From Pseudomonadota bacterium (GTDB taxonomy: Bacteria > Pseudomonadota > Alphaproteobacteria > RF32 > CAG-239), in contig CAKJXZ020000010.1 in the NCBI GenBank assembly GCA_918234285.1, forward strand, positions 41,452 to 73,451: 32,000 bases of DNA, written 5' to 3'. The position numbers and the translations under genes were made by a program. The notes beneath the pieces were generated by a model. It was given only the letters and a program-made list of their open reading frames with translations, made no database searches and was not told the origin of the DNA. Positions within the stretch are counted from its first letter, which is position 1; every line of letters starts with the position of its first letter. Shown here in pieces: positions 17,613 through 26,527 of the stretch.

Positions 17613-18152
17613 ATGACAAACTATGAAAATTTATATAACAACGTCATAAAGAAATCTCTTGTGGAAAAATTCGGTTACAAAAATCCACATGAGGTTCCGA
17701 AGCTGACGAAAATCGTTTTGAATATGGGTGTCGGCGATGCCGTTACCGATAAGAAAAAAGTAACATCCGCTATGGAAGAATTGGCGGCTATTTCCGGTCA
17801 ACAGCCGGTTATGACCAAGGCTCGCAAATCTATCGCTACCTTCAAAGTACGTGAAGGTATGCCGATCGGTTGCAAGGTTACTCTGCGTTCTGCCAGAATG
17901 TATGAGTTCTTGGAAAGACTGGTTAATATGGCCTTGCCGCGAATCCGTGACTTCCACGGTATTACCGGTAAAAACTTCGATGGCAAAGGTAACTTCGCTT
18001 TCGGTATTAAGGAACAAATCATTTTCCCTGAAATTAACTACGAAAAGGTAGATGAAGTCAGAGGTCTTGATATTGTTATTTGTACAACAGCTAAGACAGA
18101 CGAAGAAGCAAAGTTTCTGCTGACATCGTTTAACTTGCCTTACAAGAAATAA
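17613..18152 (+). CDS. rplE: 50S ribosomal protein L5
   Basis: L5 sequence ([16 protein letters not shown]...). ATG 17613 follows GGGAGA at 7 nt and gives the same N-terminal length as E. coli L5. The tracked start at 17598 is less likely. Confidence 0.96.
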   Translation: MTNYENLYNNVIKKSLVEKFGYKNPHEVPKLTKIVLNMGVGDAVTDKKKVTSAMEELAAISGQQPVMTKARKSIATFKVREGMPIGCKVTLRSARMYEFLERLVNMALPRIRDFHGITGKNFDGKGNFAFGIKEQIIFPEINYEKVDEVRGLDIVICTTAKTDEEAKFLLTSFNLPYKK

Positions 18153-18166
18153 GCGGAGATTTTACT

Positions 18167-18472
18167 ATGTCAAAAACAAGTTCGGTATATAGAAACTTGA
18201 AAAGAGTTAAGATGGCTGCTAAGTATTCGAACCGCCGTCAAAAACAAAAAGCAATCATGATGGATAAGAATGCTTCTCCGGAAGAGAGAATGCAGGCTCA
18301 GTTTGCTTTGCAAAAATTCCCGAAGAATTCTGCAAAATGCCGTATTCGCAATCGTTGCAGAATTACGGGACGTTCACGTAGTTATTACAGAAAGTTCGGT
18401 TTAAGCCGTGTTGAATTGAGAGATTTGGCAAGCTTTGGCGAAATTCCTGGTTTAGTAAAATCAAGCTGGTAA
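18167..18472 (+). CDS. rpsN: 30S ribosomal protein S14 (long, non-zinc form)
   Basis: 101-aa S14 (RN.C..TGR.R...RKFGLSR..LR.....G..PG..K.SW). Confidence 0.96.
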   Translation: MSKTSSVYRNLKRVKMAAKYSNRRQKQKAIMMDKNASPEERMQAQFALQKFPKNSAKCRIRNRCRITGRSRSYYRKFGLSRVELRDLASFGEIPGLVKSSW

Positions 18473-18486
18473 GGAGGGAAGATATC

Positions 18487-18885
18487 ATGTCTATGAGTGA
18501 TCCTTTGGGCGATATGCTCACACGCATCAGAAACGCACAAAGAGCGAAAAAGAGTGACGTTGTATCACCTGCTTCTCGCTTGCGTGAAAGTGTGTTGGAA
18601 GTTTTGAAGCGCGAAGGCTACATTGAAGGCTTTGAAAAGAACAATGTACGTCCGGGTGTTGATGAACTTCGTATTCAATTAAAGTACCATGAAGGTGCTG
18701 CAGTTATTACAAAAATTTACCGCGTTTCGACTCCGGGCCGTCGCGTTTATTCAAGCGTGAAGGATTTGCCGAGAGTTTACAACGGCTTGGGTATTTCCAT
18801 CATTTCTACTCCGCAAGGTGTTATGAGTGATAATGAAGCCCGCAAGGCTAATGTTGGCGGCGAAGTTTTGTGCCAAGTGTTCTAA
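18487..18885 (+). CDS. rpsH: 30S ribosomal protein S8
   Basis: S8 sequence ([15 protein letters not shown]......P.S.L......VLK.EGYI). Confidence 0.97.
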   Translation: MSMSDPLGDMLTRIRNAQRAKKSDVVSPASRLRESVLEVLKREGYIEGFEKNNVRPGVDELRIQLKYHEGAAVITKIYRVSTPGRRVYSSVKDLPRVYNGLGISIISTPQGVMSDNEARKANVGGEVLCQVF

Positions 18886-18896
18886 GGAGGTAAGGA

Positions 18897-19433
18897 ATGT
18901 CAAGAGTTGGTAAATATCCAGTTGTTGTTCCTGCCGGTGTAGAACTGAGCATCAATAACAATACGGTTGTGGCAAAAGGTAAGTTGGGCGAATTGTCCTA
19001 TTCTTTTGATGACAGCCACGTTGCAACAAAATTTGAAGACGGTAAAGTGACGGTTTCACCGTTGTCTCAAAGTAATGCAGCCAGAGCTTTGTGGGGTACA
19101 ACCCGCGCTCGCATTAATGAGATGATTAAAGGTGTAAGCGAAGGCTTTACAAAAGATATGGAATTGGTCGGCGTCGGTTATAAGGCGCGTGTTGAAGGTA
19201 AGAACCTGATTTTGTCTTTGGGTTTTTCGCATGAAGTTACTTTTCCGGCTCCGGAAGGTATTAAAATTTCCTGCGCATCTCCGACACAAATTTCAATCTT
19301 TGGTGCAGACAAACAAAAAGTTGGCCAAGTTGCGGCAGAAATTCGTAAATATAGAAAACCTGAACCGTATAAAGGTAAGGGCGTAAAATATACCAACGAA
19401 TATGTACGTCGTAAAGAAGGCAAGAAGAAATAA
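18897..19433 (+). CDS. rplF: 50S ribosomal protein L6
   Basis: L6 sequence (MSRVGK.P...P.GV.......V...GKLGEL; LVGVGY.A......L.L.LGFSH; R....PEPYKGKG..Y). Confidence 0.97.
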   Translation: MSRVGKYPVVVPAGVELSINNNTVVAKGKLGELSYSFDDSHVATKFEDGKVTVSPLSQSNAARALWGTTRARINEMIKGVSEGFTKDMELVGVGYKARVEGKNLILSLGFSHEVTFPAPEGIKISCASPTQISIFGADKQKVGQVAAEIRKYRKPEPYKGKGVKYTNEYVRRKEGKKK

Positions 19434-19444
19434 GGAATAAGTCG

Positions 19445-19807
19445 ATGAATACACCAAAAAAATTGTTTGAAAGAAGACAAGCTCGTGTAAGATACGCTTT
19501 GAAAAACGCCGCCAACGGCAAATTAAGATTGTCGGTTTTCCGCAGCGGTAAGCATATCTATGCACAAATCATTGACGATGTAAAAGGTTTGACAGTTGCT
19601 TCTGCATCTACCTTGGATAAGGAAATCAGAGGACAAATTAAAAAATCTTCTACGGTTGAAGCCGCTGGCTTCATTGGTAAAGTAATTGCTGAAAGAGCTA
19701 CAAAATCCGGTATTTCCGAAGTGGTATTTGACCGCGGCGGTTATATCTATCACGGTCGGGTTAAGGCCTTGGCTGAAGCAGCTCGCGAAGCCGGTTTGAA
19801 ATTCTAG
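19445..19807 (+). CDS. rplR: 50S ribosomal protein L18
   Basis: L18 sequence (R.R.R......RL.VFRS.KHIYAQ.IDD..G.T.A.AST; FDRGGY.YHGR.KALA..ARE.GL.F). Confidence 0.97.
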   Translation: MNTPKKLFERRQARVRYALKNAANGKLRLSVFRSGKHIYAQIIDDVKGLTVASASTLDKEIRGQIKKSSTVEAAGFIGKVIAERATKSGISEVVFDRGGYIYHGRVKALAEAAREAGLKF

Positions 19808-19816
19808 GAGATGAAG

Positions 19817-20377
19817 ATGGTACAATCTACAGATCGTCATAACAAAAAAGAAGTGAAAGATGAGTTGGTCGAAAGACTGGTTCACGTTAACCGTGTAGCT
19901 AAAACCGTTAAAGGCGGACGCACCATGAGTTTCGCCGCGGTTGTGGTTGTGGGTGACCAAAAGGGTCGTATCGGTTTGGGTACCGGTAAGGCTGCGGAAG
20001 TTCCGGAAGCAATCACCAAGGCTACAAACGAAGCAAGAAAGAATATGATTCGTATTCCGTTGCGCGAAGGCAGAACTCTGCACCACGATATTTCCGGTCG
20101 TTTCGGCGCCGGTAAGGTGGTTTTGAGAACAGCTCCTGCCGGTACCGGTGTTATTGCCGGCGGCCCGATGCGTGCTGTTTTTGAAGTTCTGGGTGTGCAA
20201 GATGTGGTTGCCAAATCATTGGGTTCCAATAACCCGTACAATATGATTAAAGCAACTTTCGATGCTTTAAAGGGTATTAACTCACCGAGAATGGTTGCAG
20301 CTAAACGCGGCAAGAAAGTCGGTGATATTGTCAGCCGCCGTGAAGGTATGGCCAAAGACGTTAAAGAGGAGGCTTAA
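19817..20377 (+). CDS. rpsE: 30S ribosomal protein S5
   Basis: S5 sequence (V.VNRV.K.VKGGR..SF.A.VVVGD..G..G.G.GKA.EVP.AI.KA). The second ATG (19817) has the AGGAG at proper spacing. The tracked start at 19811 abuts the RBS. Confidence 0.96.
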   Translation: MVQSTDRHNKKEVKDELVERLVHVNRVAKTVKGGRTMSFAAVVVVGDQKGRIGLGTGKAAEVPEAITKATNEARKNMIRIPLREGRTLHHDISGRFGAGKVVLRTAPAGTGVIAGGPMRAVFEVLGVQDVVAKSLGSNNPYNMIKATFDALKGINSPRMVAAKRGKKVGDIVSRREGMAKDVKEEA

Positions 20378-20379
20378 TC

Positions 20380-20568
20380 ATGGCAACTAAAAAGAAGACA
20401 ATAAAAGTTACCAGAACTGGTAGCACAATCGGACGCCCGACTTATCAGGAAACTAACCTGAGAGGTTTGGGTTTAACCAAAACCGGTCGTACCGTTGAGT
20501 TGGAGGATACTCCTTCGGTTCGCGGAATGATTAAGAAGGTGGCCCACTTAGTCAAGGTTGAAGAATAA
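20380..20568 (+). CDS. rpmD: 50S ribosomal protein L30
   Basis: 62-aa L30 (IKVT...S.IGR.......L.GLGL......V.LEDTP..RGMI.KV.HLV.V). Confidence 0.94.
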   Translation: MATKKKTIKVTRTGSTIGRPTYQETNLRGLGLTKTGRTVELEDTPSVRGMIKKVAHLVKVEE

Positions 20569-20573
20569 AACTT

Positions 20574-20680
20574 GGGGAGAGTGCTAAGAGATTATCATAC
20601 TTGCAAATTTCTTCCTTGTGTACCGTTTTGTACACGGCGTCAGAAATTAACTGCGTAGCATAGTCTCTTATCCCTCTCTT
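20574..20680 (+). repeat. Long imperfect hairpin E1 (about 107 nt) in the rpmD-rplO spacer, apex TGTAC-CGTTTT-GTACA
   Basis: Arms are 20574-20623 and 20630-20680. Paired blocks include TAAGAGA/TCTCTTA, AATTTCT/AGAAATT and TGTGTAC/GTACACG, and the outer GGGGAGAG/CTCTCTT pairs with G-U on the + strand. It starts 6 nt after the rpmD stop and opens a 161-nt gap in an otherwise tightly packed operon. Confidence 0.7.
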
Positions 20681-20729
20681 AAAAGATTTATTTTAAGACT
20701 TGCAGAGAATTTGAAAAAAGGTGAAAGAA

Positions 20730-21182
20730 ATGAAACTTAACGAATTAAAAGACAACGAAGGCGCTACCAAAAATCGTAAACGCGTAGGTCGCGGTATCGG
20801 TTGCGGCAAGGGCAAGACTTGCGGCCTTGGTCACAAAGGTCAAAAGGCTCGTGCCGGTGGTGCTAAAATGGGATTTGAAGGCGGTCAAATGCCGCTGTAT
20901 CGTCAGTTGCCGAAGCATGGTTTTAAAAATCCGTTTGCAAAGACTTATGCCGTTGTAAACTTGGATACCATTCAAAAAGCTATTGACGGCGGCAAGTTGG
21001 ATGCCAAGTCAATCAATGTTGAATCATTGCTCAGCTCTAACGTGATTTCTAAGAAGCTGGACGGCATTCGTTTGCTCGCACGCGGTGCAGTGACCAGCAA
21101 GATTGAAATCACCGTTAATTCGGCTTCTAAAGCGGCTGTAGAGGCCGTTGAAAAAGCCGGCGGCAAAGTAAATCTCATCTAG
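20730..21182 (+). CDS. rplO: 50S ribosomal protein L15
   Basis: L15 sequence (MKLNEL....G....[24 protein letters not shown]....[15 protein letters not shown]). ATG 20730 follows AAGGTGA. The tracked GTG at 20721 is less likely. Confidence 0.96.
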   Translation: MKLNELKDNEGATKNRKRVGRGIGCGKGKTCGLGHKGQKARAGGAKMGFEGGQMPLYRQLPKHGFKNPFAKTYAVVNLDTIQKAIDGGKLDAKSINVESLLSSNVISKKLDGIRLLARGAVTSKIEITVNSASKAAVEAVEKAGGKVNLI

Positions 21183-21280
21183 TTGGCAGCTAATACAAAA
21201 ATTACGGGTCGGAAGTGTCCTCACGTACCTCTATGTACGCTCCGGTACTTCCGCCCTTATTTTTTATTATTTGCGCATAC
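21183..21280 (+). repeat. Long imperfect hairpin E2 (about 98 nt) directly after the rplO stop, apex CGTAC-CTCTAT-GTACG
   Basis: Paired blocks are CGGAAGT (21210-21216) with ACTTCCG (21247-21253), GGG with CCC, and an A-rich left arm (21192-21204) with a T-rich right arm (21257-21269). A third GTAC lies 6 nt further on (21245-21248). Confidence 0.7.
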
Positions 21281-21310
21281 TATCTGAGATTTACATGGAG
21301 ATATTAAAAG

Positions 21311-21338
21311 GGAGGTGCGATAAACACCTCCTTTTTTA
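21311..21338 (+). terminator. Rho-independent terminator of the S10-spc operon
   Basis: GGAGGTG-CGATAAA-CACCTCC followed by T6. Confidence 0.85.
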
Positions 21339-21352
21339 ATAACATAATAAAG

Positions 21353-21378
21353 TAAAAAAACGGTCGGATATTCCGACA
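21353..21378 (-). terminator. Rho-independent terminator of the minus-strand 262-aa gene
   Basis: On the minus strand: GTCGGA-ATA-TCCGAC, then CG and T7. Confidence 0.7.
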
Positions 21379-21394
21379 GTTTAAGATTTTATCG

Positions 21395-22183
21395 CTAACC
21401 GTTTTGTTTTTTATTGGCTTTTATTTGGGCTAAATTTCTGCCCGGCAACGCATCACGGCTGACCGTACGTTTTGGTGCTTTTGGTTTTTTAGGAAGCTGT
21501 TTATCTTGTTCCATATTTTCATCCGATGGTAATTCGGAAGAAAAAGTATAAGTTTCATATCCAAATTCAATTTTTTTACTGCCGTCATTATATATAGCTT
21601 GTTCATGTTTTGCTTCAGCATCTTTTGATGTAACGCTCCAAAAACCATCTTTTTCAATATTTTTAAAGTCTCTGTCGAATTCTTCATATTCAAAATTCTG
21701 GGTTGTTTGTTCGTGCGCTTTTGGTTCTTTACGCAGTAATTCTTCTATTTTTTTATGATTGTCTGTATGATTGTCTTCGTTTGTTGAGCTTAAGAGTGAA
21801 TCAATTTTTGCTTTAATAGCATTTCTTTCTGCTTGTTCTTCAGTGCTCATAACGAATTTTGTTTCCTCTTTACCCAGTCGGACGGTATTCGGCTTCTTTG
21901 AGCCTATTTCTTTATACTCAGGATTTGAATAAATCTCACTATGAGTCCACATATCGTGAGTTTTGTTCACCGAGGTCAGAACGGAATCCGGAGCACCTTC
22001 GGCGCCTTCTTTAAAAACAGAAATGCCTTGTGCACTCATATCTTTAACCACTTGCTCGGTTTTACTTTCTTTTTTCTTATTGCTGTCTTCTTCCAACCAT
22101 TTGTTGATAAAATAGGCTCCGGCGCTGCTTAATACGACTGCGGTCGCAACACCGGCGCATAGTTGTTTCAGATTTTTGGCCAT
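21395..22183 (-). CDS. hypothetical membrane-anchored, highly charged protein (262 aa)
   Basis: AAGGAG RBS 7 nt before the ATG. N-terminal TM helix (LCAGVATAVVLSSAGAYFI), then an E/K/D-rich sequence and a basic tail. No family recognised. It sits where rplQ would be expected downstream of rpoA. Confidence 0.7.
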   Translation of the reverse strand: MAKNLKQLCAGVATAVVLSSAGAYFINKWLEEDSNKKKESKTEQVVKDMSAQGISVFKEGAEGAPDSVLTSVNKTHDMWTHSEIYSNPEYKEIGSKKPNTVRLGKEETKFVMSTEEQAERNAIKAKIDSLLSSTNEDNHTDNHKKIEELLRKEPKAHEQTTQNFEYEEFDRDFKNIEKDGFWSVTSKDAEAKHEQAIYNDGSKKIEFGYETYTFSSELPSDENMEQDKQLPKKPKAPKRTVSRDALPGRNLAQIKANKKQNG

Positions 22184-22203
22184 GGCGATTCTCCTTTGTA
22201 AAA

Positions 22204-22248
22204 TACCTCTATTGATTAAAGAATAGAGGTAAAAATAAGTTTTGTCAA
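22204..22248 (-). promoter_or_regulatory. Putative promoter of the 262-aa gene with a perfect 10-bp inverted repeat overlapping the -10
   Basis: On the minus strand: TTGACA (22248-22243), 17-bp spacer, TATTCT (22225-22220). The inverted repeat TACCTCTATT (22204-22213) / AATAGAGGTA (22222-22231) has an 8-nt centre. Confidence 0.45.
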
Positions 22249-22331
22249 TATATTTTTACAGAGGTAATACAAGCGGATTTATACGCAATTAGCGAGCTGG
22301 CGCAGTGTAATTTCGGCGGTGTAGAATATAT

Positions 22332-22440
22332 AAAAATACGGATAATGTGATAAATACGACGAAAGCCTTTTCTCGAGGTGTACAACAATGGTACATAAGA
22401 GAAAAGGCTTTCAGGTAGTTATCCGTTATACGGATTTTTT
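22332..22440 (-). repeat. Long nested hairpin E3 (about 109 nt) directly after the rpoA stop, apex TGTAC-AACAATG-GTACA
   Basis: Perfect 14-bp core GAAAGCCTTTTCTC (22361-22374) / GAGAAAAGGCTTTC (22399-22412). Outer pairing is AAAAATACGGATAA (22332-22345) with TTATCCGT...ATTTTT (22419-22440). The right end overlaps the rpoA stop codon. On the minus strand it is followed by a T-rich tract, so it may act as the rpoA terminator. Confidence 0.7.
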
Positions 22441-23449
22441 AGAATTGATCTGAGGTACGTTTAATCAAATCCTCAATATTCTCCGGCGGCCAACCCGGTG
22501 TATCCATACCTAAGTGGATACCCATCTTAGCCAACACTTCTTTGATTTCGTTCAAAGACTTACGACCGAAGTTCGGTGTACGCAACATTTCTGCTTCCGT
22601 CTTTTGAACCAAATCGCCGATGTAAACGATATTGTCATTTTTCAAGCAGTTAGCCGAACGAACAGAAAGTTCAAGCTCATCAACCTTACGCAACAGGTTC
22701 TTGTTGAACGGCAATTCCTCACGAATATCTTCAACTTCGCTTTCCGGTTCATCAAAGTTAATGAACGGCTTAAGCTGATCTTGCAGAATGCGAGCTGCCA
22801 AAGCAACCGCATCTTCCGGAGAAACAACACCATTTGTTTCAACAATCATAGTCAGCTTATCGTAGTCCATAGCTTGATTAACGCGGGTGTTTTCAACCTT
22901 ATAAGAAACTTTCTTAACCGGAGAATAAATCGCGTCAACATTAATCAGACCGATAGGCGAATCGCTGGTCATGTTGGTAGAAGCCGGAACGTAGCCCTTA
23001 CCGGTAGTAACGGTCAATTCCATATTGATTTTAGCACCGGCATCAAGCGTGCAGATAATGTGATCCGGATTCATGATTTCAACATCATGACCGGTTTCAA
23101 TCATCGCTGCAGTGACAACGCACGGACCTTCAGCCTTTAATGTCAGTGTTTTAGCCGATTCGCTGTGAACGGCAACCGCTAATTCCTTAACATTCAATAC
23201 GATATCGGTTACATCTTCCATTACGCCTGGAATAACCGAAAATTCATGTAATACGCCGTCTATTTTAATAGCGGAAACAGCGCCGCCCTGTAACGAGGAC
23301 AACAAAACCCGACGCAAAGCATTACCGAGCGTCAGACCGAAGCCTCTTTCTAAAGGTTCAACCACAATTTTAGCTTTGTTTGTGCCTTCTGTTTGAGACA
23401 CATCCAACTTTGTTGGTTTAATCAATTCTTGCCAATTCTTTTGAATCAC
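22439..23449 (-). CDS. rpoA: DNA-directed RNA polymerase alpha subunit
   Basis: 336-aa RpoA ([22 protein letters not shown]; C-terminal domain LELSVRS.NCLK...I.YIGDLV....E.L...NFG.KSL.EI). GTG start with an AAAGGA RBS. Confidence 0.97.
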   Translation of the reverse strand: MIQKNWQELIKPTKLDVSQTEGTNKAKIVVEPLERGFGLTLGNALRRVLLSSLQGGAVSAIKIDGVLHEFSVIPGVMEDVTDIVLNVKELAVAVHSESAKTLTLKAEGPCVVTAAMIETGHDVEIMNPDHIICTLDAGAKINMELTVTTGKGYVPASTNMTSDSPIGLINVDAIYSPVKKVSYKVENTRVNQAMDYDKLTMIVETNGVVSPEDAVALAARILQDQLKPFINFDEPESEVEDIREELPFNKNLLRKVDELELSVRSANCLKNDNIVYIGDLVQKTEAEMLRTPNFGRKSLNEIKEVLAKMGIHLGMDTPGWPPENIEDLIKRTSDQF

Positions 23450-23496
23450 GGGTTTAATCCTTTTCTTTAGAAGTTATATATGCATATATTTTAAGC

Positions 23497-23527
23497 ACGA
23501 CGACAGGCCTGATTCGGCCTGTGTCGT
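23497..23527 (-). promoter_or_regulatory. Strong intercistronic stem-loop between rpsK and rpoA
   Basis: ACGACGACAGGCC / GGCCTGTGTCGT pair over 12 bp with one bulge and a 6-nt loop. There is no adjacent U-run on either strand, so it is not a canonical terminator. Confidence 0.5.
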
Positions 23528-23537
23528 AAAATAAAAA

Positions 23538-23927
23538 CTAGACGCGGCGTCTTTTTCTCAAACGGCAACCGTTGTGCGGAATAGGCGTTACATCGCGAAT
23601 CGAAGTAATGGTAAAACCGATAACCTGCAATGCTCTGATTGCGGATTCTCTGCCCGAACCCGGACCTTTTACTTCAACTTCCAATGTTTTCATGCCGTTT
23701 TCCTGAGCCTTTTTACCGGCTTCTTCGGCAGCTACCTGAGCAGCGTACGGAGTAGACTTTCTCGAACCTTTAAAACCCTGAGCGCCGGCTGTTGACCAAG
23801 AAACGGTATTGCCTTGAGCATCAGCGATGGTAACTCTTGTATTGTTAAAAGAAGAATCGATGTGAGCCACACCCGAAGTAATATTCTTTTTTTCTTTCTT
23901 TTTTCTTTGAATTGTTGCTTTAGCCAT
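23538..23927 (-). CDS. rpsK: 30S ribosomal protein S11
   Basis: S11 sequence (G.AHI.SSFNNT.VTI.D..GN...[20 protein letters not shown]...; [13 protein letters not shown]). ATG 23927 follows GGGGTGAG and matches the E. coli N-terminus (MAKA...). Confidence 0.97.
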   Translation of the reverse strand: MAKATIQRKKKEKKNITSGVAHIDSSFNNTRVTIADAQGNTVSWSTAGAQGFKGSRKSTPYAAQVAAEEAGKKAQENGMKTLEVEVKGPGSGRESAIRALQVIGFTITSIRDVTPIPHNGCRLRKRRRV

Positions 23928-23941
23928 TTGCACTCACCCCA

Positions 23942-24310
23942 CTATTTCTTCTTGTTCGCAATGGTTTTACGTTTACCTTTACGGGTACGAGCATTTTGTT
24001 TGGTGCTCTGACCGCGTACCGGCAGACCTTTACGATGTCTTAAACCACGATAGCAACCCAAATCCATCAATCTCTTGATGTTGGTACCGACTTCACGGCG
24101 AAGTTCACCTTCAACCAGATAATCGCTATCGATAACTTCACGAATCTTCATTACTTCATCATCGGATAAATCGTTAACGCGACGGTTAAGATCGATTCCG
24201 GACTTAGAGCAAATGTCTTGAGCAGACTTGCGTCCAATGCCGAAGATATAAGTCAGTGCGACTTCAATTCTCTTGGCACTTGGAATATTTACACCAGCTA
24301 TACGAGCCAA
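23942..24310 (-). CDS. rpsM: 30S ribosomal protein S13
   Basis: S13 sequence ([11 protein letters not shown].....LTYI.GIG...A..I; YRG.RHR.GLPVRGQ.TK.NART.KG). TTG start codon with GGAG 7 nt upstream. Confidence 0.97.
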   Translation of the reverse strand: MARIAGVNIPSAKRIEVALTYIFGIGRKSAQDICSKSGIDLNRRVNDLSDDEVMKIREVIDSDYLVEGELRREVGTNIKRLMDLGCYRGLRHRKGLPVRGQSTKQNARTRKGKRKTIANKKK

Positions 24311-24379
24311 ATTTAATCTCCATTATTTAATAAATTAAAACATTCAAAAAGTTGATCACCACTTTTCAAAATTAAGCGG

Positions 24380-24408
24380 ATTATAGGCACGATATTTATC
24401 AGAGTCAA
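24380..24408 (-). promoter_or_regulatory. Near-consensus sigma70 promoter of rpsM-rpsK-rpoA
   Basis: On the minus strand: TTGACT (24408-24403), 17-bp spacer, TATAAT (24385-24380), in the 183-bp adk-rpsM spacer. Confidence 0.6.
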
Positions 24409-24493
24409 CACCTTTTTGTAAAAAAATTGAATTTTTTTTGCGATTTTAACGATTTTTTAAAAAACACCGCGAAAAACGCCGGTTTTAGGGCAA

Positions 24494-25174
24494 TTACCTA
24501 TCGTCTTCCAAACCGAGTACGTCGCTTATTTTGCGGCTGACTGCATCGATAGTGCCGGTACCGTCTACTGTTTTGAGCAAACCACGCTTTTCAAAAAAAG
24601 GAATAGTCGGGTAAGTAAGCAAACGATAGTTAATTAGGCGATTCTGCACGGTTGTACGGTTATCATCTTTACGGCGAGCGAATTCCGTGCCGCCGCAAAC
24701 GTCGCAAACTCCGTAAATTTGCGGTTTTTGAAACTTATCGTGATAGCCGGCGCCGCATTTCATGCAGGCATAACGCCCTAAAATACGTTCCATGATGATT
24801 TCATCCGGTACTTGAATTTCTAAAACCGCCGACAGCTTAATATTCTGTTCGGCCACCAAATCTTCCAAAACCTCGGCTTGCGGCAGAGTACGCGGAAAAC
24901 CGTCCAAAATAAAGCCGTGTGCGCAGTCCGGCTCGGATATGCGGCTTTTTACCATTTCGATAATCATTTCGTCATTAGCAAATTCACCGCGCTCAAGTGT
25001 TGCTTTCAGTTCACGTCCGAGCGGCGTATCTTTTTCGGCAAACTGGCGCAGCATTTCGCCGGTAGATAAGTGCGCAATATGAGTCTTTTCTTTTAAAATA
25101 CGAGCCTGTGTACCTTTGCCGCAACCGGGAGCACCGGTAAATACAACAAACAGACCTTCTTTGGCGTGCGTCAT
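24494..25174 (-). CDS. adk: adenylate kinase (long form with Cys4 lid)
   Basis: P-loop GAPGCGKGTQ, the LSTGEMLR motif, and a lid with CMKCG...CDVCGG. Confidence 0.95.
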   Translation of the reverse strand: MTHAKEGLFVVFTGAPGCGKGTQARILKEKTHIAHLSTGEMLRQFAEKDTPLGRELKATLERGEFANDEMIIEMVKSRISEPDCAHGFILDGFPRTLPQAEVLEDLVAEQNIKLSAVLEIQVPDEIIMERILGRYACMKCGAGYHDKFQKPQIYGVCDVCGGTEFARRKDDNRTTVQNRLINYRLLTYPTIPFFEKRGLLKTVDGTGTIDAVSRKISDVLGLEDDR

Positions 25175-25177
25175 CGT

Positions 25178-26527
25178 TTAACGGTTCTTCTTACTGATTA
25201 ATGCCGCCTTTTTGAGCAAACCTTCGTATTGGTAGGCAATTAAGTGCGATTGAACCTGATTTACGAAATCCATGGTAACCTGGACCACGATAAGCAGGGT
25301 AGTGCCGCCCAAAACAAACGGAACACCGACTCGGCTGATTAAAATTTCCGGCAAAATGCAGAGGCAGACCAAATAAACGGAAGCTACCATCGTCAGACGC
25401 GTAATTACGTAGTCGAGATATTCTGCGGTATTTTTACCCGGACGAATACCTGCGATAAAGCCACCGTGTTTCTTCAGGTTTTCAGCGGTTTCTTCCGGAT
25501 TAAATACCACGCCGGTGTAGAAAAACGTAAAGAACAGGATTAAGAAGGCATATAAAGCCAAATACAACGGCTGACCATGACCGAGTAACTGGCTCAAAGT
25601 TTGTACCCAACCCGGACCTTGTTCGGCCGAAAGATTGGCTATCGTAATCGGCAACAACAGCAAAGAGCTGGCAAAAATCGGCGGAATAACACCGGTCGGG
25701 TTAATTTTCAGCGGCAAGTGCGAACTGTCGGCTGCAGTTATGCGCATCCCCATTTGGCGCTTCGGATATTGAATCACGATACGACGTTGTGCGCGCTCAA
25801 CAAACACGATGACATAGATAAGAGCTAAAGCCATAATCAGCAGCATAATGATGGTGCCGAAAGACATTTGACCGGCACGACCTAATTCAAAAGTCTGCGC
25901 TAAAGCGTTCGGAATGTTGGCAATAATACCTACCGTAATGATAAGTGACGAACCGTTGCCGACGCCGCGCTGGGTGATTTGATCACCGAGCCAAACGATA
26001 AACATGGTGCCGCCAACCAAAGATACGATGGTCGAAAACTTAAATGCAAAGCTAGGAATCAATACAGCGGAAGCACCGTTGGCACCGGAAATGCTCAGCA
26101 AACCGACGGCAATACCGTAACCTTGAATAATCGTAATCAAAACCGTCAGCATCTTGGTGTAGTGTACGATTTTGCGGTGTCCGGCTTCACCTTCTTTTTT
26201 GAGAGCTTGCAAAGACGGAATAACCGACTGTCCGAGCTGAATGATAATGGATGCGGAAATGTAAGGCATAATGTTGAGGGCAAAAATCGTCATACGCTCC
26301 AACGCACCGCCGGAAAACATATTGAACATACCTAAAATACCACCCGAGTTACGGCTGAACATTTCAGCCAAAACGCCGGCATTAATACCCGGAAGCGGGA
26401 TAAACGTTCCCAAACGGAACACGATTAATGCCATAACGGTAAACCATAATCTTTTCTTAAGTTCTTCAGCCTTACCAAAGGCAGACATATCTAAGCCTGC
26501 TGCCATTTTTTCTGCTAACGAAGCCAT
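25178..26527 (-). CDS. secY: preprotein translocase subunit SecY
   Basis: Polytopic membrane protein with SecY signatures (RLWFT...IFRLGTFIPLPGI; ...GGTSLLIVV-like GGTTLLIVVQV). ATG 26527 follows AAAGGA. The tracked start at 26557 is probably too far upstream. Confidence 0.96.
   Translation of the reverse strand: MASLAEKMAAGLDMSAFGKAEELKKRLWFTVMALIVFRLGTFIPLPGINAGVLAEMFSRNSGGILGMFNMFSGGALERMTIFALNIMPYISASIIIQLGQSVIPSLQALKKEGEAGHRKIVHYTKMLTVLITIIQGYGIAVGLLSISGANGASAVLIPSFAFKFSTIVSLVGGTMFIVWLGDQITQRGVGNGSSLIITVGIIANIPNALAQTFELGRAGQMSFGTIIMLLIMALALIYVIVFVERAQRRIVIQYPKRQMGMRITAADSSHLPLKINPTGVIPPIFASSLLLLPITIANLSAEQGPGWVQTLSQLLGHGQPLYLALYAFLILFFTFFYTGVVFNPEETAENLKKHGGFIAGIRPGKNTAEYLDYVITRLTMVASVYLVCLCILPEILISRVGVPFVLGGTTLLIVVQVTMDFVNQVQSHLIAYQYEGLLKKAALISKKNR

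Noticed and set aside
21226-22213. A shared 9-mer TACCTCTAT between the E2 apex loop and the operator-like inverted repeat upstream of the 262-aa gene.
   Set aside because: Exact 9-mer repeats are expected many times by chance within 32 kb. There is no extended similarity around it.
24311-24493. A search for rpmJ or infA between adk and rpsM, where some bacteria carry them.
   Set aside because: No ORF with an L36 or IF1-like sequence occurs on either strand. The spacer holds a weak adk terminator-like hairpin and the rpsM promoter only.
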